NCBI GenBank assembly: GCA_964187785.1
Contig: OZ076409.1
Coordinates: 87,236,001-87,300,000, forward strand
Origin: Amphiscolops sp. MND2022
Taxonomy: Eukaryota
Direction: 5' to 3'
DNA length: 64,000 nt
Part shown: positions 1 to 13,800 of the stretch, one piece after another
Numbering within the stretch: the stretch's first letter is position 1
Layout of the letters: each line of letters opens with the position of its first letter
The notes under the pieces: model-generated
Databases searched by the model: none
The model's input: only the letters and a program-made list of their open reading frames with translations
Told to the model about the DNA's origin: nothing
Translations under genes and position numbers: made by a program

Positions 1-720
1 AAAGCCATTCCAAAGCAGAAGGGTCCACTTTTTTCGACACTGAGACTTTCCTCCTTTTTTCGGCACTGTGAGACTGATTTTTTTCCGAACTTTTTTAAAT
101 TGTTCCTCCCATCAATTTTTGATATTTTGCAACAGAATGGATGTTCAAAAAATCCCAAAGTGTCCCCCCTTTTACATTTTTCGGCACTATGCGACTTACC
201 GGAAATTTTTTCTCAATTTTTAGTTTTTTGAGAGCTTTTGTTGTTTCCAGTTGTAGAAAAAGTGGTTTTCGTTTTCGAGTCTTTTTGAGCCTTAGATATG
301 GCGCCAACTTGGGCCGTTCCCGGCTTGTTTTTCGATACACCTGAAGTCACCAAAATAGTTCTACCAAAAGTTCTACAAAATTTTAAGACGCCAAATTGCA
401 CCTGTTGGCCCAAGGAACTGAACCAAAGAGGTTTTTCCTTTTTTCACGCGTAACAGACAATACCGGACGAGACTAAAGGGTCCCCCTTTCAATTTTTCGG
501 CAGACTTTTTCGAAAAAAAAATGTTCCCCAAAGGTCCTCCTTCATTTTTTTTGGAGTTTTGCGACAGAATGGATGTTGAAAAATACCTAAGAGTTCCCCC
601 TGGCTCGACAATTCGGTCCAACTTTTGGGTTTTCCGGGTACTATAGAAGAGAATACGTTGACATTTTAGGTCCTTTTGCTATTTTTGAGCCTTAGAATTG
701 GGCCGATCCCGGCTTGTTTC
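1..720 (+). mobile_element. Two nested non-autonomous Helentron (HINE/DINE-1-like) copies
   Basis: 3' ends GGCGCCAACTTGGGCCGTTCCCGGCTTGTTT at ~300-332 and GGGCCGATCCCGGCTTGTTT at ~700-719; internal sequence matches the copies at 4368, 22374 and 25025. Confidence 0.7.
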
Positions 721-875
721 CAATAAATATCAGTTATACTCACCCTTCTTGTTCAAAACATTACTTATGACTAAATTAAACATTCATGGTTAGGCACAAA
801 TAATTCACATTCAACCGTGATTACAGATACGACATTAAATACCAAGAGGTAACTCTTGAACTAAAAAGGACTTAC

Positions 876-1830
876 TGTTAAAGTTTCTTCGTCAACGTTC
901 AAATGCTCTGTGTAGCAAATGCTGGTTTTGTTATTGCACAGAGTACGGCAGCTATGGCAGCGATTTTCGGGCAAAAACTCACGATTGGTAGCATCTCCGT
1001 AATAAGTTGCATTGCACTTGGAGCAACCATTGAGAGGCGATAAAGTATTGAATTTACATTCTGTGCAATAAAACGGATCCGAAGGTGGTTTGGAAATGTC
1101 GCAATTACTATTTCCATTGCATTTACACTCCTCTGTACAAGTAGAGCCGGCAAACCCGAAATCACACCCACAAACATCGGGGGATAGACAGGTACCATTA
1201 GGTCCACATGGTGGGTCGCATTGGGGCTCGCATATTTCACTGGTAGCGTCCCGTTCATATTTTTCTTTACATTCGCAAATGTATCCCATTGTGCATTTTT
1301 CCTTGTCGCGCTTACAGTCTATACAAACTTCTCGACTAAGATCACAGTCATGATGTCCATTTCTACATTCGTTTTCATCGCTGCACGACTGGTATCCCCA
1401 TTGATGACCAGACAACCCGTCAAACTCGCCTGGAAGTTGTCCAATAGGAGATGTGTTTCCAGAAGAATGCTCTGACTCGTCACGTTTCTTGATCAGATCC
1501 GAAATGACTGAGTCACTGGTGCACCGACCACCCTCTGAGTTGGGCCCATCAAGGTCACCAGCAAGGCAAATTCCTCTTCCTCCGATTTCTTCGTTGGAGC
1601 TTTGCAGGGAGCAATATCCACAGTGTCTCATGTTAACACAGTCCATACATCTAGAGAAAGACTCGCAAGGCTTGGGACACTGTTGAGACGATCCACGTAC
1701 AACCATGTCACAAATGCCGTCCAAGCAGAGAACAGGCTCGAATGTAGGAGAAATGCACCGATCCAGTCCAGTTGCCCAAAAGCAAGAACGCCATCCGGCA
1801 TCTGAACCTCCGGGTGATTCCAGACAGGAC
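876..1830 (-). CDS. MEGF8: MEGF8-like exon 12 (PSI, Ca-EGF, EGF, laminin-EGF)
   Basis: CTTAG|G acceptor (phase 2, completes Lys); DENECRNGHHDC Ca-EGF; donor ACA|GTAAGT. Confidence 0.9.
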
Positions 1831-4800
1831 CTAAGCGCAGAGATAACCAGTGAATAAGATCCTATGAAAAATCTTATAGAGGATAATAGTTTCTTTGATG
1901 CAACTTCTTTATTGACCTCGACAGTGATTTCGTCCTCAAATGAGGACAGCGGATTTTTTCGCAATCAATAAAAATTACGAAACACAAAAAGCATATAGGA
2001 AAACAAATCTTATTGACAATCTATTGGACTAACTGGGGTGAGTTATTATTTGTGTCAATGTTGGTTTTTCCGAAAAATTAAAACTAGCAAAAAAATACAT
2101 CAAAAGAATAGCTTTTTCTCAATAACTGAGCAACTGTTTGTAAAGTTACTGTCCACTCTTGCAACACAGTAGGCCACCATTGAAAACGCATATAGAAGTT
2201 TTTTCAATGAAGCTTCGTCTATGAGTACGACAGGCATTTTAAAGGCTCTCTCGCCCCAACAACAGAAAACCGATTTGAACTGCACCTATTATTAGGAGGA
2301 ATGAAGCTTTGAAAAATGTTACCAAATTTTTGCCAATTTTTCAACTGGTGTACTGGCGTGGTTAAGAAATCCTTTTATATAGGGATGTACCGAAATTCCG
2401 GTCCCCCCGGAATTCCGGCCGGATTTCAAAAAAGTTCCGGTTCCGGCCGGAATCATCATTGGTTCCGGCCGGAACAAAATTCTCTTAAAAACAGCATTGT
2501 TTCCAAATTGTTTTAAATCGTTTCATAAAACTCAAAAACGCATTCCGGTACATCCCTACTACTATATAATCCTATCAAAATTTTCCTCTCTGTACAGGAT
2601 AATGTTTCTGTAAATATATAAAAGATTTTTTCTTCATAGTTCGGCAATGTCCAAATGTTTTCCGGTGAACTTCCTAAAAATGGCTCAGGATCTCTTGGCG
2701 TCTTCGTTTAAAGCTGGGTTTTTTGGAAGCCCGCTACTTAACCAGCAGAACACGAACTGTATGCAAAAACTACTGATCACTTCGCAATATGTAAGTTTTA
2801 AAATTCTAAAAATCCTTTTGAAAAAACTAACCTGTACAGCAACGGATATATTTTATCACAAGCAGCTGGCTCATTGCTGATAGGTAGATAACAAAAATAC
2901 TAGAGAAACCATTTATAAATTTTCCTTGATGAACGTTTTAAATATTTTAATCCTCGAAAAATATCGAAAGTTTGACAAAAGTTGCATAAAATTGGAAAAT
3001 TTCAGTTTCTGCCAGTTTTGGGTCATTCTGGGGTCTTAGTGGTCAACCGAAAAACCAAAATCTCCATAAATACATATCGCATCAAACTAATTTGTCAGTT
3101 GGATTCTATGGGTGACACCCTTTACCTTGGATATAAATTTGGAACACGGCCTATTTGATTTGAATAATGCGGCCGATTTAAATATTTTCCTTTCCTATAT
3201 GAAAGAAAGTCACAGAGCGCAGAAAAAAACTCAAACAGACCCTTTGGTCTCGTTTATTTTTTCGAAAATTAGAAATGTCAATCCTGAGATTCGAACCCAC
3301 AGACCCTTGCTTTACAGCCATGCACTCACCCACTACGCCAAGTGATGGTCCGGCGTTGTTAGGTTAAATTTACACATTTTATGAAAATTTGTAAAAGTGG
3401 ACGTTTCACGGTGACTGAAGAAAAAAATGCTACTGTTAAGAGTCGTGCATTTTTTTACTGGAAAAGCGCAGGCTAAAAAACGACTGGAAAACCTTATCAA
3501 TCTTACAGTGCCAAAAATATCTGAAGGGGCACCTTTAAGACTCGGAAACCGCTTTCCCATTAACTGAAGATATCGAAACAAATATCTGGTACAAAAATTC
3601 GATCCAAAAAAGAGACCCATTAGGGTTCAGTGATGATCATTTATATAAAATCATTTCTAGCGCGTGAGTTTTTTCCTGATATCATACAGTGAAGTTGTAG
3701 AAATTTGATGACTGCGAGAAGAAACAGAGAGGAGCATTATGAAACATCGAATAAGTTAAAAATAATTTGATCATTGTTTTGCAATTAATTTTTGAGGAAA
3801 AATCGTTTTTTGAAAGAAAAATCACTATTTAGGCTCGCAAAAATTACAGTTAGAGAACAGAGACAAAAGCACAAAATTTGACGCTTGAATATTTGTTATG
3901 ATCAGCGCTTTGCATGATAATGCTTGACATTTTCGGAAAATACATGTCAAAATTCAGAAATATGCCATAGCTTTAATATAAGATGTTTAATTCTGAGACT
4001 TTTTTGTCAAATGAATATACAACTAACTGTTTGTGCTTCGATTTTTGCTAGCGAATTCGAGTGTCTTTATCTGTAGTGTATGAATGACGATTGGTTGAAT
4101 TCAAAAAAAAGTTTTCGAGAGCCAACATTCAATGCTCAAACAGCAAAAACGTTTTTGAAAAATTCAAAATTTCATATTCATAGAAAGCATTGAATAAGTC
4201 TTCCTGATATCTCTTGGAAAAATGCACGACAGTACGCCACATCTGTTCCACTGTTGAAGTATACGCAAAAACAATGAACAGAAGCGAAAAATAATTGTGA
4301 ACTCCAAAGTCGGAAATGCAGGAAAAAATTGCAGGAGCCATTTTTAGCGAGAAGTCCAAGTGAATTTAAACAAGCCGGGACCGGCCCAAGTCGGCGCCAT
4401 ATCTAAGGCTCAAAAATAGCAGAAGGACTTCAAAAAACGTCAAACTATTGGTGAATTGGGGACCCTTTTATGAAAACAATTTTTTTGAAAAAAAGTGACA
4501 ATGCCGAAAAAACTTAAAGGGGGTATTTTTCAACATCCATTCTGTCGCAAAACTCCAAAAAAAATGAAGGGGGGACCATTTGAGAAAAAAATCCAAAAGT
4601 CTTGAAATGCCGAAAAAAAACAAAGGGGACCCTTTGGTCTCGTCCGGTATTGTATGTTACACGGGAAACCTTTTCGGTTCAGTTCCTTGGGCCAACTGGT
4701 ACAATTTGGCGGCTTCTTGAAATTTTGTCGAACTTTTGAGGTAGAACTATTTGGGTCACTTCAGGTGTATCGAAAAAATTTTAAACACTGACGAAAAGCC

Positions 4801-7800
4801 ATGACTATAGTCGACTCTTTTCTCCAGAAAAGCGACGACTGAAAATGATAGCGATACCAGCAAATAGTTTCAATTTGAATACAAGTTCAAATAAAGGCGG
4901 ATTCCCAAAAAAACAATAATCGAGGGCAAAAAATAGGAGTTTTACTGTTTATCTAGAAGAAGCATTCTAGAAGGATGTTTATCAGAAGTAGTATTCAATC
5001 AAAACAGCACGTGAATCAAGTTCCAGTTTCGTCCATGCATATTCTGAGAAACATTTACAGGTCTGATGACACCCCAATTGAAGACTGAATTAAGGAGCTG
5101 CCCTATTTTACCTAACGAAACATTTTGTGTCCACTAAGTCATGTTTCCAGGTTTCAAAGCCAAATATTGAAATTCTTACTTGCAGTCAGTGTAATCCGAA
5201 CATCTTTTTGGGCAAGTCTCCAACGTAGTAGAGCCAGCGAAATTCAATTCCGTTTTGGCCACGATGGTACTGTAGTACTGCTGACAACTCCAATCGAAAA
5301 TGGGTCTTGCGTTGATGACCAACTTGGCACCAACGTACCCCCCGCCCTCTCTTTTGGCATTCTGAGTGAAAACACACTTGAGAGAAGACGAAAAATCAAT
5401 TCCGCTACCACTGGCGCTTCCGTCGTCATCACCCAAATTTCGTCTAGGGGTGTTGCGATTCAGCGCTACACATTGAGCACAACTTCCAGCTAGGCACAGG
5501 TTTTGACTAGGACAACTTTCTGGGGTCTCATAAAGGTCACCTTTTGCACCTGAACCATCTATTTTACATTCCGAGCCAGGAAGTTCACAGGATTTGCCTT
5601 TATCGATGCATTTTTGAATTCCACATGTTTTGCACCACGAGCAAGGCGAGGGGGATCCATCGAAGGGATGCCGCGCAAGACATTCATTGCAGCTGCTGAG
5701 TTGGTCGCATACAGGTTTCAATCGAACTGGGGAGGACGATGAATACCGTTGCGACGAAGAATAACAAGATTTCCCCGGTGAACTTTTGCATCTATCTTTC
5801 TTATCAGGATCATACCGTTGGCAAGTATGTCCTTGTGAATCATTTGGACAGTACATACAACCAGACACCTCGAGACATTTGTTGAGTATTTCGTTCAAGT
5901 CACCAGTTGGTCCACTGAGAAGTTGGCAGACGTCGTCTGGTAGGTCCACACTGACTAAACGCGACAAATACCTGCCATTATAGCCACCGTAGATATACAC
6001 TTTGTTTCTGATTGCAACTGCATCGTGACCTATTACTGGTTCCCAAAGTCCCATGTTGACGAAACTGTTCCCCAGCAAATTTACATGAGGCACAAGCCAA
6101 GTATTACATTTGAATTGGTAGATGTATGTGTGGTTTGTAAAATCGTGATCTTGGGTTCTTCCGCCAAGGACCACCATGTAATCGTTGACAATAACAGCTT
6201 TATGTAACATTATTTTCGGTGGACTTCTGTCATCTCGGTGTTTCATTATTGTCCAATGAGCTCTCCATTTTATCGGGTCATCATGGCTGTCATCAATTTT
6301 GAGGAAGAACAAAGTACCACTCAAGTCTACTTTCTGAGATCCCCAAGTGTCGTAAAGAAGGCCTCCGAAAACGTAAAATGCATTTGCTGGACTATAGTAT
6401 ACGGTTGAATGACAATAAACTCCCAGAGGATAATCGCCCGTTACGTGGAGCTGGATGAACCTGGATTTATCAACATCATACATGATGGTCATGTTGTTGA
6501 AACCATCTTCGGGTGAATATCCGCCAATGATGACCAGGACAATTTTGTCCCCATTGGCGCCCAGCTTGGCTGAAGTCATGGTGTGTCCGACAAGCTTCGG
6601 GACCCAATTGGGAACTTCCACATAATTCATTGACAACGAAGAGGAAGAATCCGATATGGGCGCCGAGTTGTGAGAGCTATAGTCTGTTTGTGCGGAAAGA
6701 TACTGCACTTGCATGCTTCCAGTGATGGACAGCCCGCTGCCAAAACCTCCATATATGTATATACAATTGATTTCCTTTTGACCCAAATCTTGCTCCTTCC
6801 TCCTAATTTTCACATGTGCTGCAGCCGAGAATGAATAGTGAATGTTATTGTGCAATCCAGCGTTGGTGAAAAACTCCAGAGTCTTTTTCTCAATATCAAA
6901 CTTCAACATACGAGGAGGTGCTTGAATAGATTTAGACAGATAACCACCGATGATGTAGATTTTGTTGTCTACTGCGATCATGGAATGGCCACTTCTAGAC
7001 TTGTCACTACTTTCTGAGTCAACTAGAAGGTCCCCGTCGTATTCAAGATTCCAACGAGCGCGCTTGATTATTCTCTCGAAAGATGTATGTTCATATTCCG
7101 TGCAATTCAGCCCCCAAAAACCCGGTAGACATTCGCACAAGCCATTCTGCAAGCATATGCCGTTGTTAGCACAAGGCTTCTTGTCATCGGAGCAAAGAGG
7201 AATCTCACACATTTGGCCGGCCCATCCTGGTGCGCAAGTACATAAATCCCCACCAGTGTCAGTATCAGTCACGAAATGATCATTAGGACAAGGAGATGAC
7301 AAAACTGTTTGTTCAGCTTCGAAAAACTGCAAGCTATTTTTTCCTGTTCCTTCGTGTTTCTTGGTATTTAAAACAATAGTCATTACGCCTGACTTGGCAA
7401 TGACAATTCTACTGGGCGACTGATCGGAGCTGCTACCACAAAACGAACCAAGAAGGCCCTCTCCAGGGGACCCTGATCCAGATCTGGACGGATATGAGTC
7501 ACCGTGAAGGCTGTTTTCTGGCGTCGAGTCATGAACACTATCCGGTGTTCCGTCATAGACCATCACAAACTGATAGTTACACATTATATTGATCCGCGTT
7601 ATTCGCAGCATCATTCTAGGAGTATATGCTGGTTGTTGGTCTTGAGAACTGGACTGCCGTTTATGTTCGATCTTCCAAAAACAAGATGACATGTTTCTAT
7701 TGCTTGAAATTTCACTTCCGCCTTTGGATCCCAAGTATATCACATCAGCGTTAGTCAACACAGCTTGACCACTGGAGCAACCTTTGTAGCAAATGCCTCC

Positions 7801-10800
7801 ATGTCGAGGATCACCATAATAGCTTTCAGCGCATTTTTCACAGTTATTACCAATTGTGTTGTTTCCACAAAAACACTTGCCGTTAGCATCACATTTCGTA
7901 CCATGGCCGTTACAATCACAAGGTTGACAGTCTCCCTTGCTATTTTTGAAAAACATTTCGGCGCAGTTCTCACAAAACTCGCCACTGTATCCGTATTCGC
8001 AAGGTCCACACTGGCCAACGATTGTACAATTGGCTCTCCTGTTGCAACCACAGTCTACGCTACAGTCTGTGCCTGTGAAACCCTGGCCGCATTTGCACAC
8101 GAAGTCAGAAGTACAGAATCCATTCACACACGGCGGGTCGCATGTTTCGACACACTCTTTTCCAGTATCAGACAGTACAAGTCCCACCGGGCAAAGACAT
8201 TCGAATTTGTTTTTACTGTTTTTCTTGCACTCCAAATAAGGAGGACAACCTGTTTTTTGGCAATTCTCTTCAGGACACTGGTCATATGTGTAGTTCCAAC
8301 TGCCCTTGATAAAACTAGACATCTTACCCATGGCATTTGAACAGAAAGCGTTCTGATCGGCAGTTTCGGATAGAAACGGGCCAGGGACACAGGCTCCTTG
8401 CGCTTGATTGTAGCAGTAGCCACAGCCGTACTGGGCAATGCACGAATCACAAGTTTCATGGGTGTGACAAAGCGCGCACTCATTATCAACGTTAGGAGAC
8501 TTCGAATCAACCCAAGACCGACAAGTACCATATGGAAAAGACACAAGGTAAGCTTGAAATGGGAAGCATGCCGGGGGATCATTGCACCAGGCACAATGCG
8601 AACTGTCATTGTCATCTAGATCATCAGTGCACTCTGAGCAAGAAGTCCTTTCAACGCAAGATCTCGTACAATTGTCTCGTGAAGTTGGGTTCTTCTGAAT
8701 AACTGCATGGCCTTCCGGTGGAGTTGGGATACACCTGGGGGTTTCTTCATTCATAGAGTTTTGGTCTTTCTGCCACCATATACACTGCCCGTTGTTGCTC
8801 TCAGCGACACACGAGAAACAAGTTGTAAAATCGGAACAATTCACGCAATGCTGTGGCGTAATTGTCAGAGTCAAAGCTGTTGCCGATTTGTGGTAACATC
8901 TTGCCTCAATAGGGTTGCTGCCCGAGGAATACCATCCACATGCAGGGTTTCTGAGACATCCAAAGCATGATTTTTGTGCATTACATTCTTCTGGAGACCA
9001 CAAAGAACTTGGGAAGATGTAAGAGCTCGGCAGTGTTTCGAAACCATTGGTACTAGACAGCGTTAAATCTACTGAAAATCCGACCCGTACTCTATTCACT
9101 TGCAAAGGCATCAGTCTCTGGTCCATACTAACAGCCACGTCAGAGTAAGCTTCCTTCGGTTGAGTTTCACAAGGTAATTCTATCGCAGATGAATCACCTG
9201 GACATGATTTTTCCTCCACGTAGCCCTCATTGTTGGCGATTTCCATTTTAGGCATTTTCATTCGTGTGGTTTTCAAATTCAATTGGAACTTTTCATTTCT
9301 TTCCTTGGTTTGGAATGACAGATTGAAAGACATGTTATACAGGATATAATCTTCTTCGCTTCTACTGTTTTTCACATAATCCCACACACTCTTTGGAAGA
9401 AACAAACGATTCAACTCAAATATGTAGTAGTTTTCGGCGCTTGAGAGAAAATGAACTGCGTGAGGGAGCATTCCATTGACCGGGTACTGATATTCCTCAA
9501 GAATGAAACCACGAAAACTGTCGATCTTCCCGCAAGAATCGAAACTAGAGATGAATGGAACATTATTTGTTCGGGGATCTTCATTTACACGCAGGTAGTT
9601 CTTCCAGTTGTTTTTAGTAGCTGATTTTATGCAGAAACCCATTTGCTCCGAAGGGAGACATTTGTGCATGTGCGCACACCAGCCGCAAGTGCCCTGACTG
9701 AAGCTTGTTGCAACCCCCGCGCCCCATAGGGCACATGACTGGCAGTCCGTGAGAGACTCGCATATCCCTGGACACGTACTACGGTGGAAATTCTCTTCAG
9801 ATCCACATCCTTCCTGAAACAAACATGGACCTTTAAAGTACCCTAACATCAAATACCAAAATTTTCAAGATGACTTTCAGAAAAAAATGACGTATTTCAA
9901 GCTACTACTCATGGCTGATCCGATGACAGGATTGAAATTTTACCTTTTAAAAAACAAATATCCGAATTTAACTTTCGCCAACGAAAAGCTGGAAATAAGA
10001 TTGCAACGTTTGTCTAATTTTATAAATGCGAGGAACATTCATTCAGTACCGGCTTTTTCAGTCGGAACTTTCTGAAAGTGCAGATTTGATGACTGGTGAC
10101 AGAGTTTATAAACTTAACAATCATATTGCAAAAAAGCATGGCGAAATCTAGTCTCGAAAGCCCGCCATACTACTCAAATAAGCAACAAAAAAGTACGGCG
10201 AAGGCGACGTATTTCCTGGGAAAGTAAAAAAAAGAAAGCTCCACTCCGGGTTCGAACCCACGACTGGGCCATCGCGACTAAATTATCAACTTCACTGAAG
10301 TAACTTGACTAAATGGATTTTATCACTAAGATTTTTGGCAGATTTTCTTCCCTTTACAAAAATAAATGTGCGGGAGGAAAATTTAAAAAAGATTGGCGAA
10401 AAGGGTCTGAAAAACTAATTAGCTTCATGCAGTTCATGAAAGTGTAAGAATGTGAGGAAGTTAACAAAAATTTAATATAATAGTTGCGTTTTATTTCATA
10501 AAGTGACGATTAAAAACGTGATTTTTCTGTTTTCGAGCATATTTCTTACATAAAATGGCAAAAAATTAACCTTTGTGCCACGTTTTTTTTTCAAAACAAA
10601 TTTTGGCATACTCCAATTTCAATGCCTGAAACATACTTTTCAAAATTTTCAACAAAATACAAAAGCGTAGCATAATTGTCTATGAAGAATTTTAGAAAAA
10701 CAGCAAGGCCCTTATGAAGGCCTTCGCAGAAACAATAACACAGTACCATTGGGTTGAATTTTGTGTCCTGGTATAAACGCTTCTAAGTTGGAATGACTTC

Positions 10801-13800
10801 TCATCAGAGTAATAACATTTTCACACAGAACGAGACAATAACACTTCAAGTGAGCGCTTGTTTATTCTCAAAAACAGCAAAACGTTCAAATTATGCTCAA
10901 CGCACAATTAATCACTACCAGTTTACACCGTCTCTGATTTTTCTCGAACTATGAGGCCTGCTACTTGAACAAAACTTTTTATTTAAATTATATGACTTTT
11001 CACATTCGTAATAGAATGCAGGCTAAGGTCTCCGCGTACGAATAATTAACACCGAACCGCTTCATCTCAATAAAACGCTTGCTCGCTGATACGAGACTCA
11101 AATAAACTAGCTCAAGACTAGAAGTAGCACTGCTACCAGAATTGACGACGAAACAGGTCGATAGAAGTCTGAAAAAAAACAAGCATATCGGATTTCTATA
11201 CTCCAGCTGACGAAGAAATATTAACTAAATTTGTAAGAATATGGTATATTTTTTCATTTTTTTCTTCAACTTTAAATCTTAAAAAATGGTACCTGCATTA
11301 CGCCATCCAGTAGAAAATTTTCGGCCTAGTCTAGTTTCAAACCCACGAATCTCAGCCTATAAACCCCGAGCTCATGCACTCCTAAAGCACCTGTGATATC
11401 GCTCATTTGCCTTTTTAGATATTTCAGGTCACTTCGAGGGGATTAAAAAATACGACAAAAAAACATTACAACAGTCTGTTCATATATCATGTAGCGTCAA
11501 CCAGTCCAGTGATGCCCAGATGAATATTTTATATCTGGTTTTCATAAGGTTCCCTATACATTAGCCTTACCCGGGCGGGCTGTTTGCCCGGACCAAAATG
11601 ACTCGCCTCCGAAGATCACGGTCGTCCATAGGGAGCCTCAGTTCATCTAATTGGCAGGTTTCTTATAAATACTTTATGATCAATTTATTTTGAATACTCG
11701 CTAAAGAATGTTGATTTGTTTACTGTTAAACTTACAAACTGCGATAATTTTTCGCTTGGGCACAGCTAACAAAGTACACGAAAAAATTGTATTTACGACT
11801 AAGTGAGCGTTAAAAAATTAAAACCTGAAGTATCACTTTGTATTTATGAAATAGGAGTCATAAAGATCATTGAACTGCTTTAACCCTAAGTGGACGATTG
11901 GGATGAATTCTGCAGGCACTAGCTGAACGTATGGAAAAGAAAACTCTTGAATAAGATTTTTAGACAATATTACAGAGCATTGCACCAAAGCATTCTCACC
12001 AAATATTGACTCGATGTCTCTGAAATCAAGAAACCGGGAACAAAAAAAACCCAAAAAAACAGAGCAGATTTTCAGTTTATCCACTTTCCGTTTGTGGCCA
12101 CTTTATCCCATTGGTATCAGTGTTTGGGTCGCAGCGGCTCTAGCGTGTTTTAAAACATGCTGAATTGCAATCAGAGACACGAGGCGTACAATGCTGGGCG
12201 CAAAGTCCAGAGCCAGTGTGACGAATAATAAATCATTTGTCGGACTTGAATACTTTAAGAGATATTGCAGTTTAAAGTTTAAGTACTAGATTTTTAGATA
12301 GCTTCGGAAATCGCTTGGTCCATATGTATGAAAATATACTTCGTTCGTTTATCTGGACATCACTGACGCCAATTGAAAGTTTCTATCACTCCAATCTTGT
12401 CTCTTACAGAAATCAGAATCTCCGAATAATTTACTTAATGGAAATGAAAATGAAAGTGAACCGAAAACATCTTTAATGAAACATGCTACGTATCATGCAA
12501 CTATTTCCATATTTTGCTCACTTCATAAAGACAACAATATCAAACCTTGGGAGGTGTGTTGCGATGCATACAGCTATCGTAGCCCATGCCCTCTTTGTTC
12601 TTGCACCAGGCACACTCTGGATGGCCCAAACAGGCAGTGCGGTTGTTGACTTTCTTGCAGGGATTGGCAGGAGAGCTTGACCCAAAACTTGAGTCAGAAG
12701 TGAGTGATGGTACCACGGATTTGGAAGCCTGAAAACATTGTTACATGAGAATACCCTAGCAGAGACCGAGAGGGGCGTGACTTCGATGCGGCTAAATTGA
12801 ATAGCAGCAGCAAAAGTCTGACTGATTGCGATTAACAGTGAGGTACAACATTGAGAGACAACTATGAATAGATAATAGAAACTATTAGCAAATTGGACAA
12901 CTTTTCACAAAATAATTGAACTCAATAAGATACAAAATGTAGACATAGAGAGTGAAAACAAACACCTTCACTTCACTGCTTGCCCAACAAGGCGCTCGAG
13001 TGGTACAACAATCCATCCATTCTTAAAAACCAGTCACAAAATTGTTGCACAACTAAATAAAAAAAATGTTTCAGCTTAAAAATTATCACTTTCAGTTTTG
13101 TTCAACAACTTTTTTAGTCGCAATCAGCGCGGCACGTTAGTTGCATCGCAAAATATAGCATCGTCACTCAATTGGTGCAGAAGAAAAAAAATTTCATCAA
13201 CTGTTATCGATAATGGCATATGGAATGTTGAACAATCGTTTTCTAAAATGTTTCAATGTTGATATTCTTCAAATCATCAAACAATTATGAGCAGTTAATT
13301 AACCAGGTAAAACTTTCTACTCCTTTTTTCTTGAAAGCCATTGGGTATGAGTGATGGTTGAGAGTTATACTTTATTGCAAAAAGAACAATGCCACGTTTT
13401 TCAAAAACACTTGGAGATTCTATTGACTGATTTAACCAGAGCTTTGACACCGCTTATTATCAACGATTTAACGGCCGCGCAGAATTTTTCAGCGATTTTA
13501 TTAGCGATTGAAATTAGCCTCAACTAATAAGTTGTCCAAATTCAAAAGTTTCTCAGAAATAACATGGAATTTCGAAAGGAATTTCGAGAAATTCCAACTC
13601 TTAGACTTGCAAAACTCATACAGTATGAGAAAATTTTGTCTTTTTTTTCTCGGCAAAAATTGAATTGTTATCATTGGATTTTGAAACATACTTGAATTCA
13701 AACATTTAATGGTTTGAAGAAAGTTTTTCAGCGAAATAGCAATTTTGAAATTAGCGGTTTACTGATTAGTGCAAAAATTAGCGATGTCAAAACTCTGACT

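Noticed and set aside
744..770. Possible 27-nt next MEGF8 exon (TTTAG|TC...AAG G|GTGAGT, ISNVLNKK)
   Set aside because: It is open only in phase 1, while exon 12's strong donor is phase 0 and would give an immediate stop. Unresolved without transcripts.
3282..3345. Functional tRNA-Tyr gene
   Set aside because: A and B boxes are present but the acceptor and anticodon stems do not pair.
6962..8970. Several antisense and alternative-frame ORFs overlapping the large exon
   Set aside because: Shadow ORFs of the Cys-rich coding strand, with no independent motifs.
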